From Mobula hypostoma (taxonomy: Eukaryota): a DNA stretch of 64,000 bases. The stretch's first letter is position 1. Every line of letters begins with the position of its first letter. The stretch lies in the NCBI RefSeq assembly GCF_963921235.1, contig NC_086097.1:125552001-125616000 (forward strand), given 5' to 3'. This document shows positions 49,736 to 61,290 of the stretch, in pieces. Both the position numbers and the translations under genes were made by a program. The notes below the pieces were generated by a model. It did not search any database. It saw only the letters and a program-made list of their open reading frames with translations, and had not been told where the DNA came from.

Positions 49736-50477
49736 ACTCCCTCCTGGCTTTTATCCTTGCAAGTGGAACAAGTGCTACACCTGCCCCTACACCACCTCCC
49801 GCACTACTATTCAGGGCCCCAAACAGCCCTTCCAGGTGAGGCAACACTTCGTGAGACTGTTGGGGTCATCTACAGTATCCAGTGCTCCCGGCGTGGCCTC
49901 CTGTTGTTCCTATTCCAACATGTCCATCCATGGCCTCCTTTACTGCCATGTAAGTGAGGCCACACTCAGGTTGGAGGAGCAACATCTTATATTCCATCTG
50001 GGTGGCCTCCAACCTGATGGCATGAACACTGATTTCTCAAACCTCCGGTAATTGCACCCCCCTCTCCTTCACCATTCCCCATTCCCATTTCCCTCGCTCA
50101 TCTTATCTCCTTACCTGCCCATCACCTCCCTCAGGTGCTCCTCTCCCTTCTTTTTCTTCCATGGCCTTCTGTCCTCTCCCATCAGATTCCCCTTCTCCAG
50201 CCCTTTATCTCCTTCACCAAACAACTTCCCAGCTCGTTACTTTCCTTCTCCCAGTTTCACCTATTACCTACTACTTTGTATTTCTTCCTCCCCTTGCCCC
50301 ACCTTCTTAGTCTGAATCTTCATCTTTTTTCTCCAGTCCTGATGAAGGACCTTGGCCGGAAACGTTGACTATACTCTTTTCCGTAGATGCTGCCTGGCCT
50401 GCTGAGTTCCTCCAGCAATATGTGTGTGTGTGTTGCTTGGATTTCCAGCATCTGCAGACTTTTTCTTGCTTGTGATT
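49736..50477 (+). mobile_element. Penelope 3' fragment (Zn motif, GIY-YIG remnant, terminal repeat) inside BEL 3' LTR
   Basis: CK..KCYTC, RLEEQHLIFHLGGLQPDGMN; LTR sequence resumes at ~50478. Confidence 0.88.
50335..50370 (+). ncRNA. Minimal hammerhead ribozyme motif with intact core
   Basis: AGTC-CTGATGA-AGGACCTTGGCCG-GAAA-CGTT-GACT; both core boxes intact, stem II weakened. Confidence 0.7.
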
Positions 50478-50844
50478 AGAACACGTAACTTACTCCCTTT
50501 GCTTTTACCATGCCCCCATTCGTGTGGCTAGTTACCATAATAAGCATTATAAATCCTGCAGCACAGAATACAAAACAGATACAGAATAGATACATGGCTC
50601 CTACATTCTAGCCCCCGATTAAATAATAGTATAATAACAACTATATGTTACTAAGACACAGGAGACATAAAATTGCAACATTTACACAAATGTCCTCTTT
50701 CGGTAAGCAGTCTATACTGGATTGTGATCTTCTCCTGACAAACCAGGTTGTTCCTCTTGTCTGCATTCAGGAAAATCTGTCTTGAACCGCTGTTGTCAAA
50801 GCTCATCCAGGCACAAAGCTGAAGTCCCATTAACTGTCTCTTTA

Positions 50845-52661
50845 CATAGAACATAGATCACAGAATAGTACAGCACAGTACAGGCCCTTCGGCCCACGAT
50901 ATTATGCCGACCCTTAAACCCTGCCTCCCATATAACCCCCCACCTTAAATTCCTCCATATACCTGTTTAGTAGTCTCTTAAATTTCACTAATGTATCTGC
51001 CTCCACCATTGACTCAGGCAGTGCATTCCACGCACCAACCACTCTCTGAGTAAAAAACCTTCCTCGAATACCCCCTTGAACTTCCCACCCCTTACCTTAA
51101 AGCCATGTTCTCTTGTATTGAGCAGTGGTGCCCTGGGGAAGAAGCGCTGGCTGTCCACTCTATCTGTTCCTCTTAATATCTTGCATACTTCTACCATGTC
51201 TCCTCTCATCCTCCTTCTCTCCAAAGAGTAAAGCCCTACCTCCCTTAATCTCTGATCATAATGCATAATCTCTAAACCAGGTAGCATCCTGGTAAATCTC
51301 CTCTGTACCCTTTCCTTCCTATAGTGAGGTGACCAGAACTGACACAGTACTCCAAGTGTGGTCTAACCAGAGTTTTATAGAGCTGCATCATTACCTCGCG
51401 ATTCTTAAACTCTATCCCTCAACTTATGAAAGCTAACACCCCATAAGCTTTCTTAACTACCCTATCTACCTGTGAGGCAACTTTCAGGGATCTGTGGACA
51501 TGTACCCCGAGATCCCTCTGCTCCTCCACACTACCAAGTATCCTGCCATTTACTTTGTACTCTGCCTTGGAGTTTGTCCTTCCAAAGTGTACCACCTCAC
51601 ACTTCTCCGGGTTGAACTCCATCTGCCACTTCTCAGCCCACTTCTGCATCCTATCAATATCTCTCTGCAATCTTCAACAATCCTCTACACTCTCCACAAC
51701 ACCACCAACCTTTGTGTCGTCTGCAAACTTGTCAACCCACCCTTCTACCCCTACATCCAGGTCGTTAATAAAAATCACGAAAAGGTCTCAGAACCGACCC
51801 TTGTGGGACACCACTAGTCACAATCCTCCAATCCGAATGTACTCCCTCCATCACGACCCTCTGCCTTCTGCAGTCAAGCCAATTCTGAATCCACCTGGCC
51901 AAACTTCCCTGGATACCATGCCTTTTGACGTTCTGAATAAGCCTACCGTATGGAACCTTGTCAAATGCCTTACTAAAACCCATGTAGATCACATCCACTG
52001 CACTACCCTCATCTATGTGCCTGGTCACCTCCTCAAAGAACTCTGTCAGGTTTGTTAGACACGATCTGCCCTTCACAAAGCCATGCTGACTGTCCCTGAT
52101 CAGACCACGATTTTCTAAATGCCCATAGATCCTATCTCTAAGAATCTTTTCCAACAGCTTTCCCACCACAGACGTAAGGCTCACTGGTCTATAATTACCC
52201 GGTCTATCCCTACTACCTTTTTTGAACAAGGGGACAACATTCGCCTCCCTCCAATCCTTGGGTACCATTCCTGTGGACAACAAGGACGTGAAAATCCTAG
52301 CCAGAGGCTCAGCAATCTCTTCCCTCACCTCGTGGAGCAGCCTGGGGAATATTCCGTCAGACCCCGGGGACTTATCTGTCCTAATGTATTTTAACAACTC
52401 CAACATTTCCTCTCCCTTAATATCAACATGCTCCAGAACATCAACCTCACTCATATTGTCCTCACCATCATCAAGTTCCCTCTCATTGGTGAATACTGAA
52501 GAGAAGTATTCATTCAGGACCTCGCTCACTTCCACAGCCTCCAGGCACATCTTTCCACCTTTATCTCTAATTAATCCTATCTTCACTCCTGTCATTCTTT
52601 TATTCTTCACATAATTGAAGAATGCCTTGGGGTTTTCCTTTACCCTACTCGCCAAGGCCTT
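50845..52661 (-). mobile_element. Young 5'-truncated CR1 (sister of 32133-35954) nested in BEL element
   Basis: RT peptide almost identical to the 34189-35892 ORF; same 3' tail. Confidence 0.95.
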
Positions 52662-53984
52662 ACAATGGTCCACTAACGTTGTTCTGGTTGCACAGGGGCC
52701 ACCAATAACACTGCACGTCATTTGCAGCAGCTCCCATGCCTTAGACACATTCACCCCTATCAACAGCTCAATATCTGAATTACTTTCTGACCAATGAATT
52801 ATGCTTCAGGTGAGACCATACCTGAAGATTTCTCTAACAAGGAATGATCCCATAGACAGGCACACTTTCCTAAGTATAGATGTTAGCCAGTTGACAATGG
52901 TTTCAGTAGGTAAACCAGCCACTTCTAAACCTGAAATGGCGTAGCTACACATGAGTTTCTCTTGACCCCCTGGTGCGTAAAAGAACGTGTACTCTTTTTC
53001 CTGCCAGGTTGAGCTTGTTCGTGAAGCTCTCTGTGCAGAACACTGTGGTACTTCCTTGATCTAGGAAAGCATAAGTAACCATTGTCTTGTTACTGTCCTT
53101 GGACTTCACCTGACTTGAATTATAGGAAATTTACAATCATGATCACCAGCTCCATAAGGCTATTAGATACCAGGACGGTACTCAATCCTGTGTTTGTCTC
53201 ATTCATGGCTTGTTTCGAATCTGCACCCTTTTCATCAGTTCTGGGCTCAGTTTCAGCTTCAGTTTGAACAGTAGCCACGGTAGTGGCAAAGCTGCTTCCT
53301 TGAGCTTTAGAAAAAATTTGTGATCCAGTTTTGCTCACACCTTATTTACTGCTGGCGATGTAGCATTGTACTTCTTCCCAAACACTGGATGTGTAGCAAT
53401 CTTTACTTGTCTTTCAATAAAATCAACAATATCAGTGAAACTGATCTTATAATTGTGCTTTTCTTGCAGCTTACAGACTACCGGTCTCCATTTTTCCCTA
53501 AATTTATCGGGCAATTTATTTATGACAATCCTCATATGAGCAACCACGTCCAACCCAGCATGTCCTGCCTGTGTTCCACGGGGTTGCAATAGCTTCTAAG
53601 AAAAAGACTGTAGTCTTGAAGAGCTTTCATGTCTTCTGATTTCTTCTGTGACCAAGAAAGAGCCTTTTCCATGTAGGCTACAGCAATTTTGTGCTCATCA
53701 TCAAAATGATCTTGGGGTAAAACCTGGGCTTTTAGATATCCTTACTTCAAGCCTGCCTGCTGGCAACTTTTGACAAGTTCTCTAGGGCAACTTCCAGTAA
53801 ACTGTTCAAGAAAACAGAGACAGTGACTATAATCATCAGTCTTGCCTTCAATGTGTTCTTGAAAGGCTTCATAAATAAATTATACTGCAGTGGATCACCA
53901 CTGCAGATTTGAATCTCTCTTTTAGGCAGAGATGCAATGCCTTGTTCTTATATCACTATGCTTGCTATTTCCTTTCACATCCTT

Positions 53985-54380
53985 ATTAGATTAGATTAGA
54001 TTCAACTTTATTGTTATTGCGCTGAGTACAGATACAAAGCCAATGAAATGCAATTAGCATCTGACCAGAAATGCAAAAAGAATAGTATTATTTACAAAAT
54101 AACTGCGAATAAAAAGTAAGTGCTACAGCATACAAGTATAAAAGTACTGAGACAGTCCAATATGGGTGCAATACTGCTTGGCGCTGTGATGTGAGGTTCA
54201 GCAGGGTCACAGCCTCAGGGAAGAAGCTCTTCCTGTGCCTGCTGGTGTGGGAGCGGAGGCTCCTGTAGTGCCTACCGGATGGGAGGAGAGTAAAAATCCA
54301 CGGTTAGGGTGAGATGCATCCCTGATAATGCTTTTCGCCCTGCCCAGGCAGCGTTTACGGTTGATGTTCACAATGGTGGG
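53985..54380 (-). mobile_element. Rex1-like 3' fragment with (AATCT)n tail nested in BEL gag
   Basis: attagattagattagattc tail; remnant HPNRG..LLPSGRHYRS..SFFPEAV. Confidence 0.7.
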
Positions 54381-55995
54381 TCTTCAGCACAGCATTTAGA
54401 CCTTTATTATCTGAAACACGAGTGTCATCATTCCATAAATCAATGTTCTCAAAAGCACCTTGTGCTATTGGATATGGTATAGGTTCAGGTGTAGGCTGAG
54501 CGCGAACACCCTTGGGTAGTTCATTTAGTGGCTCATAGACATTTGTTCCTCAATTGTATCGCATTGACATTGAGTATGTTGGATTTTCTCTGTTCCGTGT
54601 CAACATAGGAACCCTCAACATAGAAGTGCCTGGCCGGAGCATGTTTAGCACTCACAGCACTTGAAGCTCTTAGCATTTTAACTCTGGCCATCTTGGCTGC
54701 AATTTCTTCCTGCAACTTAAGCTTCTCCATCTTCCTCCTAAGTTGCTCTTCCATCTGTTATGGGTTTCTCCGAAGCTGTTCTGCCTATTCTTCTAAGGCC
54801 TGTTTATCCCTCAATATTTGTTGTCTTGTGTATAACTCACCTAAATCAATCTTCATTCTAATGCGTGCCGATGAGGTATCAGATGCACGGGTCACTCTGC
54901 TAGTGGCTGCAGAAAGTGCTGCATGCATGTTAGACATGCTGTCTCCAGCATGAACCTCATCTTGTAACTCATCACCTTTATACAGAGTCACATCCTCTTC
55001 TTTGGCTTTGTAAATATTTGCATTTCCTCCAACTAACTGGCCTTCTACATTGTATGTTTGTTTAATTTCTCTCTTAGTCTTCGTTCAAGGTCACTGCTTC
55101 CAGCTGGACTCATGTTGTTTCCCAAGCACGGAAACACGGCAAAACAACGGCAAATTCATTTCAGCTTTTCAGCAATGGAAGCAATGTAACTGAACCAAGT
55201 GAGCAAACTCTTCAGGCAAGCACACAATGCAGCTTTTCAGTCCAACCTAGTTGGGCATGGCTGACCATTCAAAACCCAAACCTAAACACACAGCATGAAT
55301 CAACAAAAGGTCACTACTTGCCACAGGCTGCTCCTGGAGGCGGTGTTCCTAATTTCTCAAACACGTCCGATTACTGAGTGCTTGTTTGGTATGATTATCA
55401 AAAACTTCTGCTGACAGAATTTCAGCAAATCTAAACCAAAACCAAAACCAAAACAAAACAGTTGCTGCTAGCCTGCAACCGCTGCACAATTGCTATATCT
55501 GCATGATGTGCCCCCAGCTCCAATGAAATGATTGATCCCAGAGTTATTCGATCCTTTATTAGCAATTAGCAAACATACAATCTTGAAGCAACGAAATTTA
55601 AACATAACCAAATGTCAGATAAACAATATTCAGTGATACTAAGCGTCATCTCAACGGTCAGCAAAAGATACGACCTCTGCCAGTTTCAAGCTACAAACTG
55701 CCATAAAATAAGCAAGAACACATAACTTATTCCTTTTGCTTTTACTACACTCTCCCCCACTCATGTGATTAGTTACCATAAACCCCCTAACACGGAATAC
55801 AAAGCAGATGGAGAACAGGTACATGGCTCCTATAGTTACTTTCTCAGCATTTAATGAATGCACTAGCTTTCAAAGAATTCACAGTAAGCATGTAATGCTA
55901 AGCATTCATATATAACATCAGAGTAATTTTTAAGTAATAGATGTCAATTTTGTTTTATAAACATAAGAGATTCTGCAGCTGCTAGAAGTCCAGAA

Positions 55996-55997
<2 letters not shown>

Positions 55998-56026
<29 letters not shown>
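55998..56026. repeat. (CA)n microsatellite expanded within a PLE terminal fragment
   Basis: ~14 CA units where other copies have caacacacacaaaa. Confidence 0.95.
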
Positions 56027-56032
<6 letters not shown>

Positions 56033-56194
56033 CTGGAGGAACTCAACTGGTCAGGCAGCATCTATGGAGAGGAATAAAGAGTCGATATTCCAGCCCGACT
56101 GTTTATTCCCCTCCTTAGATGGTAAACTAATTTTGCAATGGTTTGTGAAGGAACCAAACGCATTGCATACACTGTTTCATTTGGTCAAAAGCAC

Positions 56195-56400
56195 TTTAGA
56201 AAACCGCTTCATGCTTTAGATCATCAAAAATGATGGGTAGGATGCAATTTAACTTCCACCTGCTGGTAAGAGAAGAGCATGTTTATCAAACACACCCTCT
56301 CAAGACATCCCTAGACATTTCAATGAAGAATTTCTATAGTCAGTTCACTGTTGTAAGCTAATGTCTTAATCATTTGCTTCTCAGAAAAGTTAATTAAGAC
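56195..56400 (-). pseudogene. Frameshifted segment resembling the SNX13 PXA domain N-terminal half
   Basis: Pieces LINFSEKQ, KFFIEMSRDVL, IIFDDLKHEAVF vs recalled SNX13 VIQFSLRD, SFLLEIRQTL, RIVDDFGTHLRVF; first-to-last motif span 196 nt vs ~65 aa expected. Confidence 0.45.
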
Positions 56401-57329
56401 CAAGATTGCTTATTCTCCTTCTTCAGTACACGAGTGTAAACGAGAACAAAATGATCGTTACTCTAGATCCAATGCAGCATTAAAAATACAAATAAGATAA
56501 AGAAGACAATAAAAGCACCATATAAATAAAAGTAATCCTATAAAGCACGATTTACAAGTAACCATTATTTACAGAGACTGATAGAATGTGCATTAAGTGA
56601 GGCAGGTGATGTGTATGTAGTGTTGGGCATTATGGTGTGGTGGATTAAAGACTGGAGGTGTTGATCAGCCTGATAGCTTGTGGGTCTGAGTCTAGTACTC
56701 CTAGCCTGGATTCTGTGCAACCTCTTCCCTGATGGGTGGATGAGCAGGGTGTGTGGGACTTCTCATGATATTGTTGGCATTCTTCCAGCACCTTTCTGTA
56801 CATACATCGTAAACAAACTGTTATCCATTATGGACAGTCAGGCACACCCTCTCCATGACCTACTGAACAGCTCCACTGTCACAAGGATCATCACAGAAAA
56901 TCTTTCCTACCAAATGCAACAGTTCATCTCTGTGCGACAGGAGAGCACACATCACAGTACAATAGTCTCTGTTTTATTATTTCCTACTTTATTATTGCAC
57001 AGTATTGCACAATAGTAAATTATTATTGTGGTCAGTATTATTCTGTACTTAATTATTAGTTATTAGTACTATATTATTATTGCTAAGTGTGTTTTTAAAT
57101 GTTGCTGCTGTAATGAAATAATTTCCCACTCAGGATTAATGTAGTACTTATTATTATTATCATTATGGGTAAGCTGGTGCTGGTGATGCATTGGGCAGTT
57201 TTAACTACCCACGGTGGAACTCTCCTGCCTGCCACAGTGCAGCTTACATACCCACACAGTGATGCAGCATGTTAGGATGGTCTCAACTACTCATCTGTAG
57301 AAAGGATCAGCATTAGCCATGAAACCAGG

Positions 57330-57545
57330 CTTTGCGCACTTGCTCTTCTTGACTATATGCAGTGGAATTATTTATGTCCACTTGAGAGAACAGGTCTGAC
57401 CTCAGGTTATCAGTTTCCTGCAATGTGGCACATCTTCAATAGTGTACCAGAATGCCACTATTCTCGGATTTTTGTACTTGAGAAGCTGGAGAGGGACACG
57501 AACCCACAGCATAACTGAGAGGCAAGTGCTACAGCCGTCGAAGGA
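57330..57545 (-). mobile_element. Ancient DeuSINE (SacSINE1-like) remnant, 5' part
   Basis: Minus strand: gcacttgcctctcagt..gggttcgtgtccc.ctccag...tctcaagtggacataa...aagaagagca. Confidence 0.5.
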
Positions 57546-58265
57546 GTACAGTGCGCAGCAGTGCCAAAATATCAAAGTCTGAAGGGCAAATGGAAAAACA
57601 GGGCTATGCTGGGATTCAGGCATAAATTAATACAAATTTGTTTATGATGGAGTTCTGGCTTCTTTCCAGTCCTAATGAAGGGTCTCATCCTGTAGCGTTG
57701 ACTCTCCTTTCCATAGATACTGCCTGACCCGCTGACCCCTTCAGCATTTTGCGTGTGTGTTGCTCCCGATTTCCAACATCTGCATATACTCTTGTTTTTC
57801 AAAAAAAAACATCTTTAATTTAAAAATCACTCTGATGTTAAATATGAATGCTTAGCATCACATAATTACTTTGTCTGGTCTTTGGAAGAAGTTAAGAGCA
57901 TTTGTTAAATATGGGGACAGCAACTTCGATGCAGAAGTTACAACACATGCCCTTGCGTTTAAAGTTAACAGGACGTTCGGCTTGGTAAATGCTGCACAGG
58001 TGACGACTATAAAGTGTAGGAACCTGGAAAACACATTACTATTTGCATCAATTCTAAAAGGAAATGATCAGATTGTATTTGGAGTATAACGTATAACATT
58101 GGCATCGTTATCTCAAATGAAAGATACATTTGACTTGGAAAGCAAACAGGAAGTGACTATATGATTGATTCCTGGGCGTCCTACATGGAGAGAAGGAGGG
58201 GCTTCTATTTCCTGGTATTAAAAAAATGAGCGGTGAATTAATTTTAACATATATAAAAACATCTA

Positions 58266-58782
58266 CAATCAGTGGCCACAGGAGTGGAACCTGGATGTGG
58301 TCTTCTACTGCTGTGGCCCATCCACCTCAAGGTTCGCCATGGTGTGTATTCAGTGATCGTCTTCTGCACAACACTGTTGAAACATATGGTTACTTGAGTT
58401 ACTATCGCCTTCCCGTCAGCTTGAACCAACTTAGCCATTTTCCACTGACCCCTCTCATTAACAGGGCATTTTCACTAACAGAACTGCTGCCCACTGGATG
58501 TTTCTTGTTATTCAATTTTGTTCTTTTTTTGTTTTTGTTTGTCTCTGTAAATTCCAGGTAAATATCCCTGGAGATCAGTAAGTGTCTGGAAAAACTCAAA
58601 CCACCCAGTCTGGCACCAATAATCATTCCATGGTTAAAGTCACTTAAATCTCCTTTCTTCCCCATTCTGGTGTTTGGTCTGAACATTAACCACGTCTGCA
58701 TGCTTTTATGCATTTGGTTGCTGCCACATGGTTGGCTGGTTTAGTAATGTGCAGGTGTACCTAATAAAGTGGCCACTGAGTG
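58266..58782 (-). mobile_element. Second Tc1-like deletion derivative with TA TSD
   Basis: TA|CAATCAGTGGCCAC...GTGGCCACTGAGTG|TA; MGKKGDLSDFNHGMIIGAR. Confidence 0.85.
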
Positions 58783-60170
58783 TAGAGGTCTTCAGTAAAT
58801 ACTAACAGCCGGCTTCACCTGATTGGCATGTCAGAAATCAGGGAGTGAGGTGGGCTGGACAAGTGTCTATACACTTTCCAAAAACAGCAGCTACTAAAGG
58901 AATATAGACCCAGCCATGTTTATTGAGAACACAAGAGATTCTGCAGATGCTGGAAATCCAGAGCAACACACGCAAAATGCTGGAAGAACTCAACAGATCA
59001 GGTAGCATCTACGGAGGGGAATAAACAGTCAATGCTTCGTGCAGAGACCATTCATCAGCATGTAGATTGTGTACAGTTTCAACACAGCTCACTCCCAACT
59101 TCAGGAATTCCACTGGTAATCAGGAATTCTCCCTAGGAAAAGAGAAATTTCCGCCTATGCTAATGCACCAACCAGACGTCAGCTCCCTGACCCACTTGTG
59201 AAAGAGCAGGCACAGACTCGAAGGCTGCACCGTGAGGAAAGTTGGGGCTGGGAATGTGTCCTAAAATGAATGACACAATTAAAGAAACAACAAGGAAACT
59301 GACAGCTCCCAGGACCACTTAGATGTCCATTTAAACAAAACCTTTCATCAGCACAGGGCATCTCAAATTGCATTAGACAGAAAGCCATCCATTTTTAAGA
59401 CCATAAGATATAGGAGGAGAATTAGGCCATTCAACCCATCTAGTCTGCTCCACCATTCCATCATGGCTGATTTATGTTCCCTCTAAACCCTATTCATCTG
59501 TCTTTCTCCTGTAACTTTTGATACCCTTACTAAACAAGAAGTTATCAGACTCTCTTTAAATATACCCAGTTACTTGGCCTTCACAGCTGTCTGAGGCAAT
59601 GAATTCCACAGATTCACCACCCTCTGGCTAACGACCAGATTCTGTGGCACAGTGCTGAGGGGACAAGAACCATTGTGGGTAGCACAGTGAGGCAGTTATC
59701 AAACTGCTACCTCATAGCCCCAGCGACCCAAGCCCTATCCTGATCTCGTGTGTTGTGTCCTCAGAGACCCCCCCCCACCCCACCCCCATTCTCGGTGTGA
59801 GTTTTCCTCGAGCTGCTCTGGTCCCCACCCCCACGCAGGGCCGGTGAATTGCTGCTAGTGTATAGACCAGTGGGGTAATCTGTCCATTGAAATAGACAGT
59901 GAAATGTGCCACAGTCCAAGCATTGCTCTGGGGACAGCCCACAATTAATGTCTTACTCCCAGCACTAACAGAGCATTTCCACAATTTACTAACCCTAACC
60001 CGCATGTCCTTGGAATGTGAGAGAAAGCCCACACAGTCATGGTGATTGGAGGAAAGTACGGGGGGTGGTGTCCGAGGCAAGTTGTTTTTTGTTTCTCTTT
60101 ACAGAGAGAGCAGTGGGTGCGTGGATCATTCTGCCAGCGGTGGAGGTACAGACACACCAGACACGTTTAG

Positions 60171-61290
60171 ACATGATAGGCCTACTCAGAAAGTCAGAAG
60201 GCATGGGATCCAGGGAAGTTTGGCCAGGTGGATTCAGAACTGGCTTGCCTGCAGAAGGCAGAGGGTTGTGGTGGAGGGAGTACATTCAGATTGGAGGACT
60301 GTGACTAGTGGTGTCCCACAAGGATCGGTTCTGGGACCTCTACTTTTCGTGATTTTTATTAACGACCTGGTTGTGGGGGTAGAAGGGTGGGTTGGCAAGT
60401 TCGCAGGTGACACAAAGGTTGGTGGTGTTGTAGATAGTGTAGAAGATTGTCAAAGATTGCAGAGAGACATTGATAGGATGCAGAAGTGGGCTGAGAAGTG
60501 GCAGATGGAGTTCAACCCGGAGAAGTGTGAGGTGGTACACTTTGGAAGGACAAACTCCAAGGCAGAGTACAAAGTAAATGGCAGGATACTTGGTAGTGTG
60601 GAGGAGCAGAGGGATCTCGGGGTACATGTCCACAGATCCCTGAAAGTTGCATCACAGGTAGATAGGGTAGTTAAGAAAGCTTATGGGGTGTTAGCTTTCA
60701 TAAGTTGAGGGATATAGTTTAAGAATCGCGAGGTAATGATGCAGCTCTATAAAACTCTGGTTAGGCCACACTTGGAGTACTGTGTCCAGTTCTGGTCACC
60801 TCACTATAGGAAGGATGTGGAAGCATTGGAAAGGGTACAGAGGAGATTTACCAGGATGCTGCCTGGTTTAGAGAATATGCATTATGATCAGAGATTAAGG
60901 GAGCTAGGGCTTTACTCTTTGGAGAGGAGGAGGATGAGAGGAGACATGATAGAGGTGTACAAGATAATAAGAGGAATAGATAGAGTGGATAGCCAGCGCC
61001 TCTTCCCCAGGGCACCACTGCTCAATACAAGAGAACATGGCTTTAAGGTAAGGGGTGGGAAGTTCAAGGGGGATATTAGAGGAAGGTTTTTTACTCAGAG
61101 AGTGATTGGTGTGTGGAATGCACTGCCTGAGTCAGTGGTGGAGGCAGATACACTAGTGAAGTTTAAGAGACTACTAGACAGGTATATGGAGGAATTTAAG
61201 GTGAGGGCTTGTATGGGAGGCAGGGTTTGAGGGTCAGCACAACATTGTGGGCCGAAGGGCCTGTACTGTGCTGTACTGTTCTATGTTCTA
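60171..61290 (+). mobile_element. Young 5'-truncated CR1 (third sister copy)
   Basis: Near identical to 34845-35950 and to the reverse complement of 50845-51950. Confidence 0.95.

Larger units (their letters stand above)
49375..55834 (-). mobile_element. BEL/Pao LTR retrotransposon provirus (internally deleted, decayed) with both LTRs, PPT and 5-bp TSD
   Basis: Diverged direct repeats 49375-50604 (interrupted) and ~55420-55834; TSD GTTAC at 49370-49374 and 55835-55839; minus-strand GGGGGCTAGAA|TGTA PPT/LTR junction at ~50604; gag KLPDKFREKW...HPVFG; protease TYAFLDQGST (~53050). Confidence 0.85.

Noticed and set aside
59989..60001. Telomeric repeat (CTAACCCTAACC; also ~36761)
   Set aside because: Only two units, and a fixed internal part of the V-SINE family.
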